In this document: positions 10,339 through 20,300 of the stretch, piece by piece
Layout of the letters: the number at the start of each line of letters is the position of its first letter
Position numbering within the stretch: the stretch's first letter is position 1
NCBI GenBank assembly: GCA_014378465.1
Contig: JACMNQ010000021.1
Span: forward strand, 4,898 to 68,897
Direction: 5' to 3'
Source of the DNA: Oligoflexia bacterium
Lineage (GTDB): Bacteria; Bdellovibrionota; UBA1018
Length of the DNA stretch: 64,000 nt
The notes under the pieces: model-generated
Databases searched by the model: none
Seen by the model: only the letters and a program-made list of their open reading frames with translations
What the model was told of the DNA's origin: nothing
Translations under genes and position numbers: made by a program

Positions 10339-10366
10339 TCAATCCTTTTCTTGGTTCCACCGATAC
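10339..10366 (+). promoter_or_regulatory. Candidate sigma28 promoter
   Basis: TCAAT-N15-ACCGATAC, about 190 nt upstream of 10559. Confidence 0.4.
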
Positions 10367-10558
10367 GCCCTTGGAGAGAGTGTCGAAGAACCTGACAGTT
10401 GAAAAAGAGTTTTTCGCATTCGATTTTGCCTGAAGTGTCGGATTTCACAGGACTCTTGATGGATTGCATGCCCCTTGCAACTCAGGAGCGGTGGGAACTT
10501 ACGGGACTCGGTCAAAGTGAGATGATCAAAGCAAGATGATGAAAGCGAGACGACGAGA

Positions 10559-12514
10559 GTGAGCAGTACCCTTCGAAAAAACGCTGCAAACATCTTCAGA
10601 CCAGGATCCAGGCTCGCCTTGATCTCCCTGAGTCTTTTCGCATTTGCAGCGCTTCAGTTCGGTTGCACGAACGGAACGATGGGCAAACTCACTTCAAAAA
10701 CCACAGAAGGACTGGCCGCAAGCACCCCGGGTGGCGCCAGCTCCGGCGACGGCTCCCTGCTTTCACTCACGCGAGTGATTCGTTCGAGCGCAACTCCGGA
10801 TACCAGTTTTGATCTCGTCGGCGATGGAAGCGGCTCGATCGGGCAACTCTGCGTGAGCACGACAGGAGGTGCGGGAAACACTGGCGCCAGCACCTGCGTC
10901 TGCGCCTATGACTACATCCGTGCAGATGGTTCGCATGAAAGTTTTGAAGCCGACACGATCTACCGCGAGAACAATCTCATCCGCTGCAGCACCGCTTCGA
11001 TTCCGGCCGGTCTTGGCTACGTCAAAGTGGCCGTGAAACTCGTCAACTCGGGTGACACTTCGAACCAGATCACTTTCAATTTTCTCAGCGGCGGCTCCGT
11101 CCTGAACCTGGGCGATGCTTCCAGCTTTTCGGATGTGAAACGGTACCAGTGCAAAGACGCCGTCTACATTCAGAACATGTTCACGAGTGATTCGATGTAC
11201 GACCCGATGCAGTCGGAAGATCCGGCCATCAGCTACCCTCTGAATTTCTACACGCTGAACATTGCCAAATCGATCGTCAAATTCGCCGGCCTCGACGCGA
11301 ACAAACCCGTGAACGGTTCGGGTTGGATCTGCCCCACCACTCCGAACGATCCAAGCGCCGGCATGAACCTGAACGTGTTCAGTGTGATGCCTCTCGGAGG
11401 CTCAGACTACTCCATTTATCCCGTCGCTCCCGGTGGCGCCTATGACCGCAGCGGTTTTCTTCTCGCCAAAAAGGCCTCCGGCGTCTTCAACGTGCCGGTC
11501 AACGCTTTCATCGCGCCCAACATCAACACGACTTCAGGGGGAGGCTCCGAGCCGCCGCTCGGCTTCGGTGCGGCACCGATCCCGGTCGGGGACGGAACCA
11601 CTGAAAGGTGTCCTGACTCCTCCGTTTCAATTCCCTCAGGCTATCACTGGGTGAAGGTCTGGCTCTTCCGCGCTTCGCTCGAAGATCGCAAGGCGAAGAA
11701 AAGCGCCGCGTTCACGAGTCTGGGTCCGCTCTTCTGCAACCCGGGCTATTGGCCAGGTACGGTGGCACCAGCCACTCCGGAATATGTTTTCAAGGATTGT
11801 CATAATTCAGCGACCCTCAGCGCGACCAATTCACTTTCGGCACGAGTTCTCCAGAATCATGCCTGTGTGAATCCGAGCCCAGTCGGCGCGATTGGCAGCA
11901 AGAGCGCAGGAACAACCGTTGCGGGTGGAACCACCGACTGCAGTGACCCGGTAGCCGGTTGTGTGCAGAGATCCGGTTACAGCCAATATGCGCTGGGGAC
12001 TGATATCTGGAAGTACGGCTATACGAATACCCAGGGCCTCGCAGCCCTCCCAGACGCCCCCGGACGCGACCGTTTCAGCGATTGTGCCAATAGCCCGGAT
12101 CCCATCGGGCTCTGCTCGAGCGGCACGACGGGATCCAACGGAACTTCCGATTTTTCCGTCCCGAAAGACGGCAACCCGACGCTGGTCAGCATCGATGGCG
12201 GCGTTTCCCGTTACGATTACATGTACGTCGTGTCTCCTCCGAGCATCAACGCGTTGGACTTCAAGAACGCGACTTCCAACAGCCTCCCCTACACTCCACT
12301 TCGCTATCATTCGTCAAAAGACTGTCAGGGAGACCCCGATCATCCGCGCTTTGCAGGAGACTGTTCTCCAAGTAAACTCATTCGGTATGGAGTCAAGTTT
12401 CACGACATCGCGACCAATGGTGACGAAGCAGTCGGCACGGTCACTTCTCCCGGCAACAACGGTCGCCTTCCGGTATTCCCGGTCTGCGCGCTCCAGAAGG
12501 GTACGGGGCCCTGA
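10559..12514 (+). CDS. Hypothetical Cys-rich lipoprotein (cluster gene 3)
   Basis: 651-aa ORF with lipobox LQFG-C. Gly/Ser/Thr/Cys-rich; no family recognised. Confidence 0.75.
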   Translation: MSSTLRKNAANIFRPGSRLALISLSLFAFAALQFGCTNGTMGKLTSKTTEGLAASTPGGASSGDGSLLSLTRVIRSSATPDTSFDLVGDGSGSIGQLCVSTTGGAGNTGASTCVCAYDYIRADGSHESFEADTIYRENNLIRCSTASIPAGLGYVKVAVKLVNSGDTSNQITFNFLSGGSVLNLGDASSFSDVKRYQCKDAVYIQNMFTSDSMYDPMQSEDPAISYPLNFYTLNIAKSIVKFAGLDANKPVNGSGWICPTTPNDPSAGMNLNVFSVMPLGGSDYSIYPVAPGGAYDRSGFLLAKKASGVFNVPVNAFIAPNINTTSGGGSEPPLGFGAAPIPVGDGTTERCPDSSVSIPSGYHWVKVWLFRASLEDRKAKKSAAFTSLGPLFCNPGYWPGTVAPATPEYVFKDCHNSATLSATNSLSARVLQNHACVNPSPVGAIGSKSAGTTVAGGTTDCSDPVAGCVQRSGYSQYALGTDIWKYGYTNTQGLAALPDAPGRDRFSDCANSPDPIGLCSSGTTGSNGTSDFSVPKDGNPTLVSIDGGVSRYDYMYVVSPPSINALDFKNATSNSLPYTPLRYHSSKDCQGDPDHPRFAGDCSPSKLIRYGVKFHDIATNGDEAVGTVTSPGNNGRLPVFPVCALQKGTGP

Positions 12515-12516
12515 TC

Positions 12517-14919
12517 ATGAAATTCATGTTTGAATCCTCAAGAAAATTTCAGCCCGTGCTCCTGCTTCTGGGCGCCTTCTCACTTGCAGGTGGAACCGGT
12601 TGCACGAACTCCAACCTCACGAATCTGACGCGCAAGGCGCAGAAGACCGCAGCCATCGCCGCCGCAGCGGGCGATACCTACAAGATCACCAACGTGAGCG
12701 TCGCCGCTCCGGCCACAGGCGCCACGGGTAGCAGCGCACAGTTGACCACCGTGTATTTCAGCGCCTCCGATCCGGCGAACTCCATTGCCAACGGTTGCTC
12801 CGGCAGCAGTAGTGCGCAGAACCTCAAGTCCTGCACCTGTGAATTCAAATGGGATGAAATCAATTCGACGACGGGCAGCAATGTTCGGATCCCGAGGTCC
12901 GTCACGAGTTCGGTGCTCAACGTTCAGGCGAGCATCGTGACCTGCAATGCACCCCTGGCTTATGCGAGCGAAATCCCCGAAGGAACGATCATCACGGTCA
13001 ACGTGTTCCCAAGCGGCAACAACAACGGAAACTTTTCAGTCACTCCTTTCAAGTACACCAAGCAGGGAGTCGTCGTCGGCGGCAGCTTTCAGGACGCGGA
13101 AGGAAAATCCTTCGACAATATCCTTCGCTACTCCTGCTTTGAGCAGAACTACCGTGGCCTCACGATGAGGTCCAAGAAACTGGCCTACCCCAAATCCAGC
13201 GGAGATTCCACGGTCAACCTGCTTTACGCCAACCAGTATTGCACCGGAAAAACCGCGGGCGCCGCAGGCTGCGAATCCACACCGCCCGCCGGACTCTCGG
13301 CGCAGTCCTACTACTACAACCTTTACATTCGAAACACGGATCGCGGGAACATCAACTCCGAGAACCAGCGTTACAAATGCCCTCTGGTGAAGGAAAGTCT
13401 TTATTCAGTGCTCGGCAGCTCCGGCACTCAGAATGATTTCTACCCCCTCGACACGAGCTTCGCCCTCGCCCTCAGTCCCACTCCGAACTACAACGTCGGA
13501 GTCGAAGCATTCAGCAAGCTCGGAATCGGCACCGATCCATCAACCACCGGCTCCTCCTGCTATCCAGCTGCCAACGGTACCGGGACAGGAGACGCAAGTG
13601 GAGCGGGTGCCGGCTCGCTCGTTCACAGTTGCCTCGGATTCGCCGCGAAACCGGCTTCAGACGGAACCTGCCCGCTCATCCGCCTTCCGAACGGAACCCA
13701 GCAGAACACCTACCGCCTTCGCCGCTTCGTCGCTCTCTATCCTGCCCTTTTCGATACGGATGGAAAAATGATCGCGGAATTTCAGGCGACTGACTCCATT
13801 TACGTTCTTGACCGTCCCGTCAGGTACACGGGCATGGACATCACCAAGCCTTACACGATGCGCGGACCGAAGCCCTGCCCGTTCGCTTACTTTGACAAAG
13901 CGGCCGTCACCCGCGGACCCACGCCGGATCCGCTCTACCCGGATGGCATGCCTCAGTATGTTTCGACGAACAACCCTTCCTGGAACAACACCAACATCGA
14001 TGGAATTGAATTTCCCAACCAGGACATCAGCACTGCCACGCAGCAGTCCTGCTCCGCGGTGCTGCCGCTCCTGAGCAGTGACCGCAACACACTGAGCCTG
14101 GGTACGGTTCACACGAGCAATCCTTACCTGAAGCGTGTCTTCGTTCGGCCCGTGCAGGCCTGGGCACCTCACTACGAAGAGGATACGGACTTTCAGGCCT
14201 GCGCTCCGCAGTCCAACCCCCTCAAAGATCCCCCTCTTCACTTCGCGAAGGATTCGAGCACGGGAAATGTTTCCTGGTGCGCGGAAGTCTATCCCTCTCA
14301 GAATCCCAACGTCACCGCTCTCGATGCAAGAGACACGAGCAGCAACTTCCCTGGCAAAGTCATCTCCTACACTTCTCATGTCGCCAAGAACTCCATCAGC
14401 GCCGCGTGCACACCCACCACCTTGAGCGACAGAGTTCCGGCAACTCCCGGCTACCCATCTGATCCAGCGGGTGCGAGATCGTGTACCGTGAGTGCTTCGG
14501 TCGACTTCGGTGTCGCTCATCATCCAAAAAATCTCCTTCTTGAGCAGATCCCCGTCTCTTCCTACGGCTGCCTGAACGGAAGCACGGCCGAAGGAGCGCT
14601 CTGTAATTTCTGCGCAGACCAGACCTGCGATCGCACCGTTTCAAGCAACAATCTCACCAGCCAGTTTCCGCTTCTGGCGAGACCCAGCCAGGTTGAAACC
14701 GCCATTTCGTCTGACACGACCTATGGCTGCATCATGACCTACGATGGCGCCGGCGGCATCAAGTCCGGCAAGCGGTCTCCGACACAAGGCTGCTGCGGGC
14801 CCTCGGTCAAAGTATGGACGGGTACCGGCAATTCGAGCCCGGAACTTTCCAATAAAACCGCTCACCTTGAGCCCGACCCGAACTCGACTGGTTCACTTTG
14901 TGCGCAGCCCGGGTATTAA
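12517..14919 (+). CDS. Hypothetical Cys-rich lipoprotein, paralogue of gene 3 (cluster gene 4)
   Basis: 800-aa ORF starting 2 nt after the previous stop. Lipobox-like GGTG-C. Shares collinear motifs with 10559-12514. Confidence 0.75.
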   Translation: MKFMFESSRKFQPVLLLLGAFSLAGGTGCTNSNLTNLTRKAQKTAAIAAAAGDTYKITNVSVAAPATGATGSSAQLTTVYFSASDPANSIANGCSGSSSAQNLKSCTCEFKWDEINSTTGSNVRIPRSVTSSVLNVQASIVTCNAPLAYASEIPEGTIITVNVFPSGNNNGNFSVTPFKYTKQGVVVGGSFQDAEGKSFDNILRYSCFEQNYRGLTMRSKKLAYPKSSGDSTVNLLYANQYCTGKTAGAAGCESTPPAGLSAQSYYYNLYIRNTDRGNINSENQRYKCPLVKESLYSVLGSSGTQNDFYPLDTSFALALSPTPNYNVGVEAFSKLGIGTDPSTTGSSCYPAANGTGTGDASGAGAGSLVHSCLGFAAKPASDGTCPLIRLPNGTQQNTYRLRRFVALYPALFDTDGKMIAEFQATDSIYVLDRPVRYTGMDITKPYTMRGPKPCPFAYFDKAAVTRGPTPDPLYPDGMPQYVSTNNPSWNNTNIDGIEFPNQDISTATQQSCSAVLPLLSSDRNTLSLGTVHTSNPYLKRVFVRPVQAWAPHYEEDTDFQACAPQSNPLKDPPLHFAKDSSTGNVSWCAEVYPSQNPNVTALDARDTSSNFPGKVISYTSHVAKNSISAACTPTTLSDRVPATPGYPSDPAGARSCTVSASVDFGVAHHPKNLLLEQIPVSSYGCLNGSTAEGALCNFCADQTCDRTVSSNNLTSQFPLLARPSQVETAISSDTTYGCIMTYDGAGGIKSGKRSPTQGCCGPSVKVWTGTGNSSPELSNKTAHLEPDPNSTGSLCAQPGY

Positions 14920-14935
14920 GCGCAAAATCGTCCTC

Positions 14936-15919
14936 ATGCTCGACTCCGCCAGTCGCCTGGACCTCGCCCTCCTTCATGAATTGCGAAAGCAGAATCCAGA
15001 CCTCTCCCGTGCGAAGCTCAAGGAGTGGTTCAAGAGCGAGTCGATCACTTACCGAGGCCGTGCGGCCTCTCCCTCCGAGGAACTTTCAGCCGGGGATCAC
15101 GTCCTTGATATTCCAGAAGCCCTCGAAAACGCGCTCGCTCCTGACACGGCCCAAGCTTCCCCTCGCGGCAGCTTTCTTGAGATTCTCCACGAAGACGAAA
15201 ACCTTCTCGCGTTGAACAAGGATTCAGGAATTCCGTCGGTGCCTCATGCCATACACGAAACCGATACGGCGGTGAGCTCCGCTCTTGCGCACTTTCCCGG
15301 TCTTGAGCAAGTTGGCCGCAGAGGCTTCGAACCCGGCATTCTCCACCGGCTTGATACCGGAACCAGTGGCGTGCTCCTGTTTGCAAAAAACCAGCCGACC
15401 TTTGAAACTCTCCAGTCTCTCTGGAAAACTCCGAGAGTCATCAAAACCTACCGCGCGCTCGTTCAGAGCCAGAGCGCCGACCCTTCACCTGAGACCTGGC
15501 AGTTGCCCAAGGTCATTGCCACGCCGCTGGCCCATGATCCAAAATCTTCAAAAAAAATGATCGCTCTTTCCCGAGAGGATTCGGAAGAACGAGGACTCTA
15601 CCGCGGAAAACCGTTGCCGGCCTTGACACGAATCAGGCAGCTTTCTCGCCTCGAAGGCCGAAACCCTGACTCCTGGGATCTCGAGATTGAAATTGAAACG
15701 GGAGTGATGCACCAGATCCGCTGCCATCTCGCGAGCGTCGGGCTTCCCATTCTGGGGGACTCACTTTACCGCGGCGGGATCTCACCCCGGCTCTGGCTTC
15801 ACGCGTGGAAACTCAAGGTGGATTCGCTCGAGATCACAGCCCCCCTGCCGGCCCACTGGCCGGGCGCCGCTCCTTCGCAGAAAGATCACTCCAGGACAGA
15901 CCTCAAGGAACAGCCATGA
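14936..15919 (+). CDS. RluA/RluD-family RNA pseudouridine synthase with S4-like N-terminus
   Basis: Catalytic motif GILHRLDTGTSGVLLFAK, plus KTYRALV, TGVMHQIRCHLASVGLPILGDSLY and LHAWKL. ATG 14936 preferred over ORF start 14744, which overlaps the upstream gene. Confidence 0.9.
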   Translation: MLDSASRLDLALLHELRKQNPDLSRAKLKEWFKSESITYRGRAASPSEELSAGDHVLDIPEALENALAPDTAQASPRGSFLEILHEDENLLALNKDSGIPSVPHAIHETDTAVSSALAHFPGLEQVGRRGFEPGILHRLDTGTSGVLLFAKNQPTFETLQSLWKTPRVIKTYRALVQSQSADPSPETWQLPKVIATPLAHDPKSSKKMIALSREDSEERGLYRGKPLPALTRIRQLSRLEGRNPDSWDLEIEIETGVMHQIRCHLASVGLPILGDSLYRGGISPRLWLHAWKLKVDSLEITAPLPAHWPGAAPSQKDHSRTDLKEQP

Positions 15920-17268
15920 AAACAAAATTCAATCTGCTCACTTTTTCGGCACAAATTTTTGCACTGACCGCGATCAGCTGCTCAACCAATCCCTTTCGGA
16001 GCCCCTCTTCGGAAGGCAACCTGCCCGTCTACGCGGATTGCGACACGCAATTCTCGGTGATTCGCACGGACCCCGCCTGGCAGAAGGAACTTCTCTACAC
16101 GCCACCTTCCGAAATGAAGAAACGCCTTCAAAATCACCTCACCGACAAGAGGCATTGCGATCCGGCAGTGATTTCCCCTTTCATGAGCCGGCTCGAAGCG
16201 GAAACGAGAACTCGCCAGCAGGAAAACGTGGCTCACATTCGGGACGAGCTTTCGGCAATCGCGAAGTACCGTCCACCGCTACGCGAACTGAAACTCATCG
16301 AACAGCAGAGTCAATACTCACAAATCACCGATCCAGTCCCGGCATCTGAAAAGGCTGAGCTTGTGAGCCTGGGCACGCGCGCGGCCCGGGAGAGAAAAGC
16401 CGCGTGCACCTCAGTGGACGTCCGCGGCCCCATGCTCCAGCACATGAACAACCAGAAAGACGGCCCGTGGTGCTATGCCTATGCGGCTTCTGATCTCTTG
16501 AGCGTCGCTCTCGGAGAAAGAGTTTCCGTCTTTGACATCATCAACAATTACAACAATCGCCTGGAATACAAATTTCAGCAGATCGTTGGCGGCAAGGATG
16601 AAAGCGACCTCCATGGCGGGTCAGTCACCCGGGCCGCCACTCGAGCTTTGAAGAAAGGTCTCTGCCTGGAGTCAGACCTTCCCTCGCTCAAGGTCACGGA
16701 CTCCGAAGGCAAGACTTTGAAGGGTCTTCTGCAGCTGATTGACGAACGAAAAGTGACGGCCACGGACTTTTCCGACGAGTTGAATCAGATCCGGGAGCTG
16801 TTCCCCAACATCGAGGAGGAGGATTTCGAAAAAATCCTGAAGAAGTCAGGCCGTATGAAGCGAGTCGATCGTCTCGTGGACGCGAGCTGCAAGAAACGCA
16901 TCCACGTTGAAAAGGACTTCGCGGTCAGACGAGTGGATCTGGAAAAGGATCTTCACGATGAGGGTGAGCGAATGATGCAGGAACTTGATCAGCTGCTGAA
17001 TCAACAGCAGATCGTCGCGATTGACTATGATGCCACGATATTACATGAGGCTTACAATCACGACCGGATCAGGCGCCATGCCTCCAGCATCGTGGCCCGA
17101 ACCTGGAACGAAAAGGCTCAAAGCTGCGACTATCTGGTCCGAAACTCGTGGGGATCGGGCTGCCTGGAGTATGATCCTGGCCTCGGCTGTGAAAAAGGAA
17201 ACGTCTGGATTTCCGCTGACATGATTCGCAGAACGGTCTATCGGTTGACGACGATTCATTCGAACTGA
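15916..17268 (+). CDS. Papain-like (C1 family) cysteine peptidase, lipoprotein
   Basis: ATGA overlap with the upstream stop. Lipobox TAIS-C. Catalytic elements Q-x5-C (NQKDGPWCYAYA), His (HASSIVA) and RNSWG. Confidence 0.8.
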   Translation: MKTKFNLLTFSAQIFALTAISCSTNPFRSPSSEGNLPVYADCDTQFSVIRTDPAWQKELLYTPPSEMKKRLQNHLTDKRHCDPAVISPFMSRLEAETRTRQQENVAHIRDELSAIAKYRPPLRELKLIEQQSQYSQITDPVPASEKAELVSLGTRAARERKAACTSVDVRGPMLQHMNNQKDGPWCYAYAASDLLSVALGERVSVFDIINNYNNRLEYKFQQIVGGKDESDLHGGSVTRAATRALKKGLCLESDLPSLKVTDSEGKTLKGLLQLIDERKVTATDFSDELNQIRELFPNIEEEDFEKILKKSGRMKRVDRLVDASCKKRIHVEKDFAVRRVDLEKDLHDEGERMMQELDQLLNQQQIVAIDYDATILHEAYNHDRIRRHASSIVARTWNEKAQSCDYLVRNSWGSGCLEYDPGLGCEKGNVWISADMIRRTVYRLTTIHSN

Positions 17269-17297
17269 AAGATCCGTCTCGCGCCGACGGGTGCATC

Positions 17298-17332
17298 AAA
17301 AAAAGCCCCCTGAGAAATTCTCAGAGGGCTTG
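17298..17332 (-). terminator. Rho-independent terminator of nrdJ
   Basis: Stem aagccccctgagaa/ttctcagagggctt (1 mismatch) with an A7 tract on the + strand, giving a U tract on the minus strand. Confidence 0.8.
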
Positions 17333-17393
17333 AGGACTTGATTCTTCCGTGGTTGTGGAACGAAAAAATCAATTCTGATCTTGAAATTCGGGA

Positions 17394-20300
17394 TCAGCTG
17401 CAGCCCATGCTGTTGCCACAGTTGAGGCACTTGTAACATGCACCGTTTCTGACCGTCGTGTGACCGCAGCCATCACAGGGAGGAGCATCTCCCATCATCT
17501 CTGCCAGGTGCTGCGCTTGTCCGCCCCCTGAAACTTCGTTTGCGCCCAAAGCATTCGAAGGAGCTTGAATTTTCAGTTCAAGCTGAGGATCCACTCCTGG
17601 AAGAGTTCCGGACACGATCTGAGCCGAAGGATTCTTTGGGTAAGTCGCGGCTGCGGAGTTCTTGTCGGCCGTGATATCAATCGGCTTCACCTGCACGAAG
17701 TCCGTGCGTCCCAGGTACTCGAGACCAAGGACACGGAAGATGTAATCGATGATCGAAGTCGCCATCTTGACGTTAGGATGTCCATCCACGATTCCTGACG
17801 GTTCAAAGCGCGTGAAAGTGAACTTGTCGACGAACTCCTTGAGCGGCACTCCGTACTGGAGGCCAAGACTCACGGAGATCGCGAAACAGTTCATCATCGA
17901 ACGGTAAGCGGCCCCTTCTTTATGCATGTCGATGAAGATTTCGCCCAGGGCGCCGTCTTCGTACTCTCCGGTACGGATGTACACCTTGTGACCGGCGACT
18001 GCCGCCTCTTGAGTGAAGCCCAAGCGCTTGGCCGGGAGCTTTCTTCTCACGGGAGCGAACGTCATGAGGGACCCTTGTGATGCCCCTTGAGTGCCGGTGT
18101 TTGCCTGGGTCGACATCGCCACGGTTTGCGTGGACTTGTCCGTTTTTGCGGCTTTTTCAGCGGCCGTGGAGTTCTTGGCATCGCGAGATTCGAGAGAATC
18201 TTCCTTGCTGGTCTTGGTCGTCAAAGGCTGCGACAACTTGCAACCATCACGGTAAAGAGCGACGGCTTTGAGGCCAAGCTTCCAACCCTGATAGTAAATG
18301 TCCTGAATCTCTTCGACCGTCGTCTCGTTGGGGAGATTGACGGTTTTGGAAATTGCGCCGGACAGGAAAGGCTGAACCGCGGCCATCATGCGGACGTGTC
18401 CCATCGGAGCGATGAAACGAGTCCCCTTCTGACCGCATTTGTTGGCGCAGTCAAAAACAGCCAGATGCTCGTCCTTGATGTGAGGAGCGCCTTCGACGGT
18501 CATCGTCCCGCAGATCACGGTATTGGCTTCGTCGATCTGAGCGTAAGTCAGGCCTGCCCAGGTCAAAAGATTGAAAGTTGACTTGTCGTAGTCTACAGCC
18601 ACGATGCCCATCTTCTTGAGAGCTTCTTCACCGACGCCGAGCTTCGTGAAAGCGCTCGAAAGCTCAAACGTGCCAGGCAATGCCTTTTCGATCTTTGAAA
18701 TATCCGAATCGGCCATGCCCTTGGACTTGAGGAACTCACGGTTCACCACCGGGCTCCCGTGCGGAGCGCCATCCAGGTTCATCGTGCCGAGCACGTGACG
18801 GATGATGTCCGAAGTCTGAGCGGCAGTGTAACCCAGGTTCTTCAAAGCCGCAGGCACGGAGCCGTTCACGATCTTGAAGTAACCGCCGCCGGCGAGTTTC
18901 TTGAATTTCACGAGCGCGAAATCAGGCTCGACACCCGTGGTATCGCAGTCCATGAGAAGTCCGATGGTGCCGGTCGGAGCAAGCACAGTGACCTGTGAAT
19001 TGCGGTAACCGTACTTTTCACCCAGAGCGACGGCGCGGTCCCATTCCTGCTGAGCAGCCGTGACGAGTTCAGCCGGGCACTTCGTGGCGTCAATTTCATA
19101 AGCGGCATTTCTGTGCCTGTTCATGACGTTCAGCATTGGCTCACGATTCTTTTCAAAACCAGGAAACGCGCCCAGAGTGCCCGCTTCTTCAGCGCTGACC
19201 GCGTAAGCATGTCCACACATGATCGAAGTGAGGGCCGCAGCCCAAGCGCGGCCTTCATCACTGTCATAAGGAATGCCCTTGAGCATGAGCATCGTCCCGA
19301 GGTTTGCGTAACCCAGGCCCAGAGGCCGGTAATCGTGTGAGTTCTGCGCGATCTGCTCGGTTGGATAGCTCGAAAGATCGACCAGAATTTCCTGCGCGAC
19401 GATGAAGACGCGGCAGGCCTTGCGGTAACTCTCGATATCGAAGCTTCCGTCCTTCTTCATGAATTTGACGAGATTCAGGGAAGAGAGGTTGCAAGCCGTA
19501 TCATCCAGGAACATGTATTCCGAGCACGGATTCGAAGCGTTGATGCGCGAAGTGTTCAGACAAGTGTGCCACTCATTGATGGTGGTGTCGTACTGAAGGC
19601 CTGGATCCGCGCAAGACCATGCGGCCTGGGCCACGGTCTTCCACATCTCCTTGGCTTCATAGGTATTGATGACTTCGCCGGTCGTGCGAGCGGTGGTATT
19701 CCACTTGCCGCCCTTTTCAACCGCGTGCATGAAATCGTCGGAAACTCGGATGGAATTGTTCGAATTCTGTCCTGCAACCGTACGGTAAGCTTCACCATTG
19801 AAATCCGAGCTGTAGCCCGCGGCAATGAGGGCTGCGACCTTGCGCTCTTCGCGCATCTTCCAGGTGATGAAATCCATGATTTCAGGATGATCCATGTCGA
19901 GACAGACCATTTTCGCCGCACGCCGAGTGGTGCCACCTGACTTCGTCGCGCCAGCGCCCTTGTCGAGCACTTCAAGAAAGCTGATGAGTCCTGACGAATA
20001 ACCGCCACCCGCGAGCTTTTCCTGATTGCCGCGGATCTTCGAGAAGTTGGTGCCGGTGCCGGAGCCATACTTGAAGAGGCGGGCTTCGTTCTTGGCGAGT
20101 TGAAAGAGTCCCATCAGATCATCGTCGACGGACTGAATGAAGCAGGCCGAACACTGAGGATGACTGTAAGCGTTCTTGGTTTCAACGATTCGCAACGCTT
20201 CAGTGTCCCAGGCAAAGTTTCCGCCCGAGCCTTCGATTGCGTATTCATGATAGAGGCCGAGATTGAACCAGACTGGAGAATTGAAAGCTCCCATCTGATT

